Origin: Paraglomus brasilianum
Taxonomy: Eukaryota
Assembly (NCBI GenBank): GCA_910592345.1
Contig: CAJVPI010000004.1
Coordinates: 1-64,000, forward strand
Length of the DNA stretch: 64,000 bases
Direction: 5' to 3'
This document shows positions 10,333 to 22,867 of this stretch, piece after piece. Made by a program: the position numbers and the translations under genes. Below the pieces are notes generated by a model. It was not told the DNA's origin and made no database searches. It saw only the letters and a program-made list of their open reading frames with translations. Positions within the stretch are counted from its first letter, which is position 1. Every line of letters starts with the position of its first letter.

Positions 10333-13300
10333 ATGTTCTGGAGATTCGGACTTGGTGCTACTTCCGCCATCGATGGTCTACTTGAAAAGGAAGATCGGAC
10401 GCTTGAAGAATTACTGGACGAAGATGATTTGCTTCAAGAGTGCAAGGCACATAACCAGAAATTAATTGAATAGTATGGATTTTACTAATGTGTGTGTGCC
10501 GTGTAAATAGAATGGCCGTCCCTGATCTAATTGTTGCTCTCTTCTCTTGTAAATAAAGCTTGCGAGGGCCAAATGTGCTTTCTCAACTGTTCAATTATAT
10601 CACTCGTGACGATTTGGATGACAAACAGAATTTTAAGTAAGTAGTCTTCTTTAATCTACGTTGACTACAATTGAATGTACTCTGTGGTGAATTAGAAAGA
10701 AATTGGTGATGTGTCTATAATGACTTTTTATTAGTAATACTTGATTTCCCGAATGCCTTTTGTCGCTATTTATATTGCATTTCACTTAATCGGTCATTAT
10801 ATATCTTGTTCCATTGTTCGATATCGACTATCACTTTGATTAGATATCCTTATATTGCTTGTGAAGTATTATGCTGCGAAATCTGGGAAATTTGTGAAGC
10901 AATAATCGAAAATATTGATCTGCTTGCATCATTCTGGCAACTGCTGGATCGGCCCCCGTCATTGAATCCGTTGCAAGCGAGTTATTTTATGAAAGTGAAT
11001 GTGATACTTTTGCAGAGAAAGACAAGTGAGGTCAGTTATATCTATTGTGTTAGAATAAGGTCAAAAAGATTGTTAACCATTCAGCGCTGACTTCCCTCAT
11101 CTTTCTTGCACTTACGCTGGGCAGATGGTGAAATTCATAGAGTCAATTCCTGGTGTAGTACAGAGTATGCTTTCTCATATGGAAACATCTGCTATTATGG
11201 ACTTGTTACTAAAACTCATCAGCATGGAGGAATATTCGGAAGGGGCAGGCGTTGTGGACGTAAGTTTATGTGAAAGCAAGACAAGTGCCTTGATCTACTC
11301 GGCCTGATTTACTTCACTTTACGATATTGTACTCACTACTCGCTCTCCTCTTCAGTGGTTGAATTCAGAAGGCTTAATTGAATTACTCATTTCCAAGTTA
11401 GATCCCAATCTCGACTCAGAGGTACTAATCCTTTATTACAACATCGTACCCTCGTCAAGAATGTAATCAATCGCTTTCACTGTGTCTTACTTATATTTAT
11501 AGCCCCCTGCCATTGAACTTTTCTAATTTGGCAAATGATTTCAGACACACTCGACAACCGCGCAGGTTCTGATTGATATAATTACGCTGTCGCAGTCGAC
11601 CAATCCTGAGCAAGGCGGAATTGGACCCAACGCGCTCAGTCAAAAATTAATCAGGTAGACGTGAAAAAACAGAAAGATGACATGATAGCGCTACGAACGA
11701 AGCTTGTTGTCCATAACAAATAAGGAGATATTAACACTATTCTGCCCACTTTTTATGTCAGTGAGCAAACAGTCTCTAAACTTGTAGACTATATGCTAGA
11801 TCCGGAAGCACCAAACTCAACGTCGACACTGACGAATGGTGTAAGCATCTTTCTACAGATCATTCAAAAGAATAATTGGTAATATCGCCTCCATTCCTAA
11901 GTATGTCGCTCTTTACGCGCAAGAGCTCTTCAATAATAATTACATACTCATGTTACGCGAAATACTTGTTGTTTTTTTATACATTTTGATTGTAGCGATT
12001 ATGAAGAGCGTTCACCGTCCTTGGCTCCACATCAGCCACAACCATACCCCGTTGTGGACCTGAGTGATATGTTACGAGTATTTGCTAATCGAATAGGCGA
12101 TTTCAAGGCTTTGTTGGAGAAACCAAAATCAGTGGTATGTATGTGGTAATAAGCACAAGTAAAAGGAGCTATATGATGTATTGTCATTAAGAATGTTACT
12201 GGTAGTGATCCCATATCGCTGATATCGATATTATAGCACCAGCATTACTGATGTTTACAATGTAATGCTATCACTATTTGTCCCTTCCTATCAGACCGCC
12301 GAAATTGAAACAACAATAGGCAGAATGATTCCTTTGGGTTCCGAACGTTTTCGAATATGCGAACTCTTCGCTGAGCTTCTGCACTGTTCCAACATGCACC
12401 CACTTAATGCTGGTCGAACTAAATTACCTAGGACCAACGGCTATTATGAACTGAAACCCATAGAGGATTACAATGATTACGGTCAATCTTCCATGTCTTT
12501 TATTCCTGCGGACCAGCCTGTCCAACCAACTCCATACACTATTCAATCTCAAGAAACAGGCAATACGACCGATGAAACCGCCAAACCTGATTTGAATGAA
12601 GGCAAAGATGTAAAAGAAGAACAATTACAAAATGCGGATACTATACCGATTCTTTCAACTGGAAATACTTCTACCCATCAAACACAAGAGCAGGTCAAGG
12701 TTGATGTTGTCGTTGTTGAAGATAATGAAGTTAAAGATGTCTTTTCACCAATGGAAATTGTCGAGCAAGAGCAGAAAGAAAATATTGATGTGACGAAGAG
12801 TCAGAGTGCTGATGATCTGGCATCGAATGGCTCTATAGATGCTGTTAGCAAATTACCCGTTGGTGATATGTTGAAGGCTAAGTTCATTGAGCACAGGATT
12901 ATACCGACATGTCTGGTATGGTGTTATTTGTTAGAATTTATTACGAGTTTGCGAATGGTCGCTTAAACGGTCATTCTCTATTGAACGTCATAATGTTTGC
13001 CTTATTTACAATCGCTCCTACGCTCTTTATATCAATAGGATCTTTTCTTTAATTTCAAATGGAACAATTTCCTTCATACAGTGGTCTATGATATGATTGC
13101 TCAGATATTCAATGGTCGGATGGATGTTGGCTATAACAAAGAATTGGCCATTTCGGTATGTCTGATAATCACTCGTACATGTTGAAAAACTTTGTGAATT
13201 ACGCTGAAACCACATGCAATTATCGTTCTATAAAGGTCTTTACAGATGGTCAATTGACTAAAAGGATCACAAAAGCTCAGCGATTAAACGATTTTGAAGT

Positions 13301-15015
13301 GTAAGTGAAACTATCTTCTTTCTTTCGTTAATGAAATATTGGCTTGTGTATTGCCACCCGATTATCATCTAATTGATTTTCTCCCGCAGCGAACAACCTA
13401 AAGGCGTTCGACTGGGCTATATGGGACATTTGACGTTTATCTCCGAGGAAGTTAAAAAACTCATTGAAAGATTTGGCATGGAAGTCGGTGATCAAATCAG
13501 AGGTAATTCATTGAAGTGAAACCAATCGTAGAAGTCAATGACAGAAATTATGTCAAATTTCATATAGACGACATCAACTTTGTCGGCTTGTTCTACTTAT
13601 TAATGCACTAACAGTTGATTAATTGATCATTCGACCTTAATTTCTGTTGCTCTCAAATTTCAGAATATTTTGAAGCTGAAGACTGGCAGGAATATGTTGC
13701 AAAAACACTTCGGGAAACTTTGGAGCGTGATCGTCAACCACTTGGGGGCCAACGGCCCAGTAATCATGATAGCTTATCTCCTAGTCGAGAAGTAAGCGAT
13801 GACAGTGATGCTGATGATGATGATTTAATTGAAGCGGTGAATGATGGGCCGCACGAACGGGTAAGTACTATTGGTTGCTTTTGAGAAGGATTCCTGGAAC
13901 GTCGAAATTACTGGATTGATGGCCGAAAGAGTGATCAAGTGATGCAGAGGGTTTCCTGCTAAGAATTATTATATCTGTCTTGATTATCTTGGGTTTGGCT
14001 TTTTTGTCGATAAGTTATTCATAAATGCATTGTTAAATATCGTATTTTCTTTATAGTTTGCTATTTATTTGTGTCAACAGATTACAAGCGAATTACCAGA
14101 CCAAATTTCTGATGACTCTGAAGATTCTGAGGATGAAGGATGGATGGGGTAAGTATTAATGCTGGATTGAAATTAAGTGTTTGATAAAGATTCAAGCTAT
14201 ATGATACCCGTGTGATTGGGCATTGTTTATCGTCATGAGGTTACAAACGCTTGTATTTTATCAGGAGTGATGAATTTGATAAAGAGGGCGAGGTTGACAT
14301 AAGAGGCCCATATATAAATCCCGCTTTGGCAGAGGTAAATACTTAAAGTAAGATATATAGTACGTGCTCAGCTGGCAGATCGCTGTATTCCGCATAATTT
14401 GATTTGATCAACACACAACCGCAGTCATTTCTGTCAGCTAAGTTTATAATCACACATACTCACTGCTTACAACTCTGGTTCATTACTTAATCTTGTTCAT
14501 ACTCTTTACTCATAATTATCATTCCGTCATACTCACACTCTTTCCATCTATTCCTTTCCCAACAGCATATATTCAAAAATAGACGTAGCTCCCTAAGTTT
14601 TGGCGACGAGGACAACGACGATGATCATGATGGCGATGATGATGGCGATGATGATCATGACGACGTCGGTGACGACGGTAATCATCCTGACCAATCATCA
14701 GAACCGCGGCAAGCGGCAATCTCGGATAATAAACTTCTCACGGTGGCCGACTATAGTGCCAATTTCCAATCCACTTACTCCATTTCAGACTCGACTCCTC
14801 AATCAAACGAGTCTAATACAACCGATATTCCGAAAATAGTGTTAAGCAATGATGAGAGTGGGAAGAATGATGCGGATGATGTGAAGGTGGCAAATGATGT
14901 TGAGACAGAGGGGGAGTTTACAGACTTTTCTAGTATTGAGCATAAGGAGAGCCAGATTGAGCAGTTTTCAGTGGATGGGACAAAAGAAAATGTAGATGCT
15001 GGAAGTAAGGAGTAG
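10333..15015 (+). CDS. SIT4/PP6 phosphatase-associated protein (SAPS family; Sap190/Ekc1/PPP6R-like), multi-exon
   Basis: [101 protein letters not shown]; acidic C-terminal tail. Confidence 0.93.
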
Positions 15016-16135
15016 GGGTGTGAAGTGTGAAGGTGATGAGGTGTATGGGCTATTGCTATGTCGTTGATATTTTAACTAGGATGCTATTGTTTACAATTGA
15101 CTTTGTTGTTGAATTTCTATCTTGTAATTTTGGTGGATCTAATACACTTGCGGTGAATATGATGATTAAATATGAATTCTTTATATTCCTTGTATATTTC
15201 TACATAGCTTTTAGCTATCGTTTGTTCATTCGTAAGGGCTGTGTGTATTTAGTGATCATATTCCCATACTTTCTTTTCTTACAAATACAGCCCAATCGTT
15301 AAAACACATGATCTTTGTAACGAAATCCTTCATAAAGTGTTTAGAACAGGGTTAAACTGGGTTTCAAAAAGGCAATAATCTTCATGACCAACGAATTACG
15401 TATCAAGAAATTAGCTTACGTATACAAAAATATAAAAGGATTAGTTAATGAGATAAGTAATTAGCAGAGATCGTATGTGTGTGTGTAATAGTAATGCAAA
15501 ATCTACAACTAACAGGAATATTCCTATTACTATTATTAATTCATCGTTTACTATAATTACTAACAGTTTGAATGTTACTTGTACCCGTCCGTCCTTATCA
15601 TTTGGTATCTCCCACACACTTTTATTCATCTGCTGTCGCCATCTGTACTCTTTCTACTCTTATACCTCAGCCTCAATAATAGTCATGCTATCCCCATAAG
15701 CATACTTTGGATTTATTTTATTTTGGTAAAACCGAAACCGAATCTGAACTTCCATCTGTGTACTGCCAAGTCATCGACCTACACTGTGCCCCCCTGGATG
15801 ATATATATAATTACATATTTTATATCTCCTAAAAAAAGACACCTCTTTCATATACGTATACACAACCAACACGCCCACTTTGGAAGCGGCAAGTGAAGAG
15901 TCAGCTACTGACTTACGTGTCCTTATATACATAAGACGACAAGAAAAAACAATAATAAGTATTTCTACTGCAGTCGCTTGTAAAGAACATAACTTTACTG
16001 TCATCCTGAAGAGACACTGCACTTTCAAGCGATAGCCCATAAGATTATAATAGAGTTTAGATACATAATAAAAAGAGACAAGCCGTTTATATCTCCTAGT
16101 AGTAGTAGCCCATCATACGTGACGACATAGAAGCT

Positions 16136-19100
16136 ATGCATCAATATTCAAACATCTCTAACGACAGTTGTCAGAGTCCCTCAACACCAGTGTCGACCTC
16201 TATACCGTTTCCTCACCAACAAAACACAACTTCACTAGTAACTCCACCTCCAGCAGACTCTGCATATAGACTACCCACGGCTGCTACTATCTCGCTAGCA
16301 CCAACGACAACTACCACCATAGTCACTACTACGACTACTACTACAACTACCTTTCCCCCTCTCTTGTTGAAACCGCCTCCACTGCCCAAAGATCTGGATC
16401 CGAAAGAATATCCTTTGGCCGATACACCTACTCCTCCTGCTCTTAAAAGGTTCTGTTTTGATCTCAACGGGCAACCAACGTATTTCCGAGAGGATGAAGA
16501 GTCAGAACAGGCTATCGTCAAGGTATGGAATAGACTATGGTTTAGGGATTTCGTAGCATTATGAAAAACTATTCTGTTTAGAGAATGTCTATTATTATTT
16601 GTCTAAAGTGTAAAAGATTTCATGGTGTCGATAGTAGCAACGAGTTGCTATACGATATTACGTATCTACTCGGACAGAACGTTAACAACAGTAGTGGTAG
16701 CAGCAGTAATAATATAGATGTCAGCTTTAGCATACTTTTTACTCATTGATACCAATCTTTATAATCTTTGTTATATAATTCTGTTTCTCTTTACTCTTGT
16801 TGATTGGCGTTATTAACATGCATTCTAATTATAGCTTCAGGAAGCACTGTATAATATGCGAGCAACGGGTCCAACAACAGCGTCGAATAGCCAAACATTT
16901 CATACTACTCCAGCTATTGCTTTGCAAATGCATCAATCGCCTCAAAATATCAATACCCAAATACAAAAGCTTGCTTCAACGTCAGAATCTAAACCAACGA
17001 CTACCACAACTACAACCACTATGACAACGACCACAAGAAAACGGCCGGCGTCGCCAGCAGACATTCTAGATCTCACTTCAGCTAATAAACGACTATCTAC
17101 ATATGAATCACGAATTCCACGCGATCAAACTCTTTCCCCGCCACACAAGAAACCAAGAGCAAAGCAATCTTCCTCCCAAGACATTGACAACGAGCTGGTC
17201 TCGGACGATTCATGGCAGGATTTGGCCACGGAATTCAGAAGAAATTCACAATCGTCATCTGCCTCCAACTCAGGAGCAATGTCACCGACTAATGCCCAAT
17301 TCGATTCTACTTCCGCTCTCATACAGCCAACACCCATGTCATCTTCATCTCGACACTTTACTTCTATCACAACATCAAATCTTGGAATGGACACTCCATC
17401 AACAACAAGAAGCACCCACTCATCAGCACTCCCATCTCCATCTTTATCCCCCGTGACTGGTATGTCTGCGTCTGGTAATAACAATCAATTCGATTCACTT
17501 TTTGCTCAAGCGGTTCCAAATGAAGTCGACGTAGATGATACCCAAGACTCAACTGATTCAAAGGCGCAATGGCACATGACGAAACCATCAATACCTCATG
17601 TTCCATCATTGCTTGACCTTCCGACTATGTTAGCAACGTTCGATGCATTACCGAGCACAATGCAATCTTACATGCTATTTCATTTGCTTCGTCGATGCCC
17701 AGCTAACACACTCCAATACGTAAGCAATATCATCCTTCCTGCTTTGCGCAAAGACTTTCTTGGATTACTACCGCTCGAATTAAGTCTTCATATTGTAAGA
17801 TATCTTGATGCACGTAGTATGTGTCGGGCAGCAATAGTCAGTAAACGGTGGAGGTCAGTCGTTGATGGCGATGGATTTACCTGGAAACGTAGATTGGAAG
17901 CCGATGGATACGTATTAGAAGAAAGAGAAGAGGAACGCTGTATTCGAGAGGGTTGGAGTGTTATGTCTCCCATAAGGTCAACAAACTATAGGGGGAAAGC
18001 AGTAGACAGGACAAATCAACAAATACAATTAGAAAGTACAATAGGAACAGAAAATGGAAACAACTTATTCGCCACTAAATTGGACGATACTTCTGTCCCA
18101 ATGGAAAGATATACTTCTAACAATGAGACAGAACTAATGAATGTCGACATGGATAATACAATGCAAGAAAACTTTGATTCTATTTTTGCCTTTCCATCAA
18201 CATCATCAGCATCAGCGTCAGCATCAGCTACACTTTCCCATAAAGGCAAAGAAAAGTCTGACGCTGACTGGGTCAAAGTCCATATGAAATCGTCTGAAGA
18301 TGAAAATGATGACAGCGATGTTGATATAATGTCCCAATCATCCATATCTACTCTTCCAACGTCGACTGAGCGACCACGTAGCATTTCCCTTGATGCAGCT
18401 TCTTCTAAACTCCCACTCGAACCATCTGCCAGACATCCGTATAAAGCAATTTATAGGAGACATCACTTAATTAGACAGAACTGGCGCCATGGTAGATACA
18501 AACATATTTCGTTTCCTGGTCACGGCAACAATGTAGTTACTTGTCTACAGTTCGATTCTGAGAAGATAATCTCCGGGTCGGATGATCAATGTATTAATGT
18601 CTATGAAACAGCCACTGGAAAATTAATAAATCGTCTTGAAGGACATGATGGCGGTGTCTGGGCATTACAGTATGTTGGTAATACTTTAGTTTCAGGGTCA
18701 ACGGACAGAACAGTACGTGTATGGGACATCAAGCGCGGGGTATGCACTCATGTATTTCCCGGGCATACTAGTACTGTAAGATGTTTGCAAATAATCATGC
18801 CCCAGGCTACGAGCGATTCTACTATAGTCGAACCTCCCATTCCTCTAATAGTCACTGGCTCTCGCGACTCCACACTTCGTGTCTGGCGTCTACCCGATAC
18901 TACTAATGATACCCCGTTCGCACCATCCAATCCATCATCTCCTTCTGATAGTATGTCACTTCAGGACAATCCATATTTTATCCGTACACTTCAAGGACAT
19001 ACGCACTCTGTTCGTGCTCTGGCTGGAGTAGGAAATACTTTGGTCAGCGGGAGTTATGATTGCAGTGTGCGAGTGTGGAATATTATGACTGGAGAGTGTT

Positions 19101-19937
19101 TATGGAGACTTACTGCTCATACACAGAAGGTGTATTCGGTAGTATTAGATGCAAAAAGAAATAGGTGCATGAGCGGCAGTATGGATGGCACAGTGAAAGT
19201 ATGGAGTTTGGACGACGGAACTTGTGTTTGGTCTTTGGAAGGTTTGTCTTCTATTTTCGGTGTACTGTTAAATTCCTTCATATGTTTTCAGCTCTTATTC
19301 TAACTTTTACGGTTCTACACTTAATTTTCCGATTAATAAGGTCACTCGTCTCTTGTCGGCCTTCTTGATTTGTCACATGACTATCTCGTCTCGGCAGCAG
19401 CAGACTCCAGTCTGCGCATTTGGAATCCGAATGATGGCACTTGCAAACACGTGTTAACTGCACACACTGGTGCAATCACTTGCTTTCAGCATGACGAGCA
19501 CAAGGTCATATCTGGGTCTGACGGTACATTAAAAATGTGGGATGTGAAGACAGGGAAATTCGTTCGTGACTTGTTGACTGGGCTCAGTGGAGTTTGGTAT
19601 GTATTTTGTTATCTAAGGGATACCTATGGCTGTTCTCATCACATAGTTAAGAGTTTTATGTTGTGATACAAAACGGGTGCCAATACGTTCGTTGATAACA
19701 AACTAAAGTGATGTATTATTATTAACCACGAATACATTTTATTTGTCTTACAGGCAAGTGAGATTCGGTGAACGCAGGTGTGTGGCAGCTGTACAACGAA
19801 ATCAAGTCACATTCTTCGAAGTATTGGATTTTGGTGTATATAATGTTGAAGAAGATAATAACATCACCGGAGAGAATGGAGAATGGATTCCCAGAAGAAC
19901 GACTGTTGGGGTTAACGATGGAGATGCTAGTAGTTGA
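16136..19937 (+). CDS. cdc4: SCF substrate receptor Cdc4/Fbw7 (dimerisation domain, F-box, WD40 repeats); exons ~16136-16522, 16835-19241, 19341-19596, 19753-19937
   Basis: F-box DFLGLLPLELSLHIVRYLD; WD40s VVTCLQFD..IISGSDD, GHDGGVWAL, VSGSTDRTVRVW, GHTSTVRCL, VTGSRDSTLRVW, FQHDEHKVISGSDGTLKMW. Confidence 0.93.
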
Positions 19938-22201
19938 AAATCCTTGAATCCGGACTTTCGGGAAATTCTTATTGAAAATTTACCTCCTTTATCCCATCCT
20001 TATTTTTTTTTTACGATCCTCTAGATTGCGAGGGTTTTTACTTTGTATAGATTCCAACTAATCATATAATATAAACACATACTGATATGACGGACACTTA
20101 TACCTCTACTTCGATGACTTTTTTTTCTTCTTACCCTTTCTTAGCCCATTCCCGGACAATATATAAGTTTTTCTTGTAAATCAGTTACCTGTTTCCCTCC
20201 TAATTTTTAGTAAGTTTTGTTTTCTTTTTCACGGATTCCTGCCAAGAGAAACACGGTTTTATAGTTTGTTCAAGCTGTAAGAGTATTCCCTTCAAAAACT
20301 GATGGTACATAAATGTAAATTCTTTTAGAATTTGAACTTATGGTTTATTATAGATTGAGTGAGAATTTTGATAATTACATTCATGTAATCAAGTAAATAA
20401 TTTGGTGTATTTTGTTTCACGTGACATAGGTTTTCTTTGAATAGTCTGCGTTCGAAAATTGTTGATCGTGACCTTTTGGGGATTAACAATAATATTACAC
20501 GAGTGCGATATATCAATATCAAGTCTGCAAGGACATTAAGTGGACATTAAATGGAAGGGAACTATCTTGTCTGTCCCTAACTTGGATTAAACGAAACCCT
20601 TCTCTGCAGAGAGAAAGTGATGAGTACGTATCATACATATTGTTCTAAAAACGGTTGGAAAGTACGCGGAGAAACGCCTATATGCATCATATGATAAGCT
20701 ATTTATGCTTGAGAAAATCAATCACTTGTGTTACCAAAGTGCAGGAGCAAATAAGATGCTTATCATGCAGGCCCAAAGAGAAAAAAAAAAATTTTTTTCA
20801 ATCACGAATTGATACTGCGTATAATCGAAAAAGATGTGGCTTAGATTGTCGTTGGCGAAAGAAACGTGAATCTACTGGAACAGAAAAAACGACATTTTCA
20901 TATGAAAGCACTCTTATGTTAAAAGTTTCTTTATGTAATCCAGTAGTTAATAATCATCAGACATGCCCTCCACAATTTTGAAGATGTTGCCGGGGTCTCC
21001 ACGCTGATCAGCCCTAAAAAATCGGTTGGAATTCTATCTAACCTTTGCCGATGCATGTGAATGACTTATCATGCAGATTTATGGGTCACGTGTAATACTG
21101 TATTTATTTCAAACTTGATAAGATTTCCATTGTCGATGCGGGTCATTTTATATACTGTCTTTTTTTCTTTCTTTCACAATTAAATGATGGTTAAATCGGC
21201 CTAATACTAATCGAGTTTAGATAAAGTTTATTATACTTTGAATTAAAGCTGTCCATTTATTCCATTTTATTATACTGCAAGTAAACACATCTGTCGTACC
21301 GTAATAGTAATTGTGTCACCATAAGTTCGTAATACTCAAGCGCACAGTGTTTACTTTTATTTTTCAATAAAATACTCTGAGTTATTTCTGAAACGTACCA
21401 AAGCACTGGAAATTTTTAACACCAAAAATTCAATTACGAATACCAAAAAAGAACCCTCAAAAACAACCAAACATATCCATTACTATGAGATTGATAACGA
21501 ATCAATAAAGAATATCTATCGTTAAACTATAATCACAAAGAGAATTGCTGCTGACTAAGCATTTTTAGTACTTGGTAAAATTTCTAAAGCAGGTCAATGG
21601 AAATAGCCAAGCAACAACGTAAAATTTATACAGAATTAAAGAGCGGTATACATGAAACGTGAGGAGAAGTCTAAGTGAGTTAATTTGAATGGAAAACAAA
21701 TGTTCTGAAACATTTCCCACTCTATAGATAGAACATTGTTCTGAGCAAATTTTGTTGAAACAATTGAGAGACGCCAACCAAATAATCCGAAAAAGAGAAA
21801 GAAGTTGTTGCCCTAGTCCATTGGTTACATGAATATCAGGTTGCAATCGTGTGACAAACAATGATTCGTTTGATTTTGTGCGACAAGTGTTCGTGGATTA
21901 ACATCATCACTGTACAGAAAGTAAGTAATTCTCTAATTGAATAGGTAAATGTACAGAGAGCATTCATATTGGCTTAGCATAAGCGACTATTGTGCATGAG
22001 TGGAATAAACACTCTAAAAAAATTATTGAATTGGACTACTCTCTGCAACAGTAGCCACCGATTGATAAATCGTAAACTATTGAAACAACGTATCACTTGA
22101 TTGCATCGGAACAACGATTACTTCCTTCTCAACAATATTAATGTCGTGAAAATTTTAGGAAACTTGTCAGACGCCAGACCATGTAATCTAAAAAAAGTAA
22201 A

Positions 22202-22289
22202 GTAGTGAGAATAATCTATCACAGTGGAGTAGTGTGAATATAAGCTATCACAGTGGAGTGTGAGAATATAAGCTAGCACAGTGGAGTAG
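22202..22289. repeat. Three imperfect tandem copies of a ~29-bp unit
   Basis: GTAGTG(a/t)GAATA(T)AAGCTATCACAGTGGA-like unit three times. Confidence 0.85.
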
Positions 22290-22823
22290 AAGTAGAGAGA
22301 TTTATAAAAAGTATTTCCTGCACAGTTTTTATCGTGTAATCAACTTTAACAAATTGACTTCTTGGCAAATAAATATTCCATCTATTATTCACAACGGGAT
22401 GGCAATTCGAGTTACGGACTGTAAGGTTGGCAAGTCCGTTAAATTTTAGAGTTTAAAATATTTGCATGTTCTTTGTCTGTTGAGTCAATCGTGTAATAAA
22501 ATATATGTTTGAAACTTTTTTTTTTTACCAAACCTCTCCTTCGCTAATGCAATCCCTTCTGTGAGCATGTCGCCCAATTGCTTGCTTGCGAAGCGGCGCA
22601 CATATTTACTAGTCGGTTTAAGGCCATTCACATATGTTTGACTACGCCACGCAGTCAAACAAGTTTGGGTCAATAAACCATTGCTATGCTTAAGCAGACC
22701 GTCTTCGTGATGGAATTCTCTTTACAATAACTATTTGAATTATTGCTGACAAAACTGTTCTTGCACATGCAGGAACCCCTTTTTCTTTCTTTCTTTCTTC
22801 GCTCGTTTCGAGAATTTTTTGGC

Positions 22824-22867
22824 AAAAAAAAAAAAAAAAAACAAAAAAAAAAAAGGAAAAAAAAAAA
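22824..22867 (+). repeat. Interrupted poly(A) tract of ~44 nt
   Basis: A-runs broken only by a C and a GG. Confidence 0.9.

Noticed and set aside
10843..10852. ATATCCTT as a U12 (AT-AC) intron donor
   Set aside because: It is coding sequence (KYPY) just after a normal TAG acceptor; no convincing minor intron was found
17103..18930. Antisense and alternate-frame ORFs over cdc4 (and similar ones over other genes)
   Set aside because: Shadow ORFs of the real coding strand
22202..22289. 29-bp repeats as a CRISPR array
   Set aside because: Units are contiguous with no unique spacers, there are no cas genes, and the context is eukaryotic
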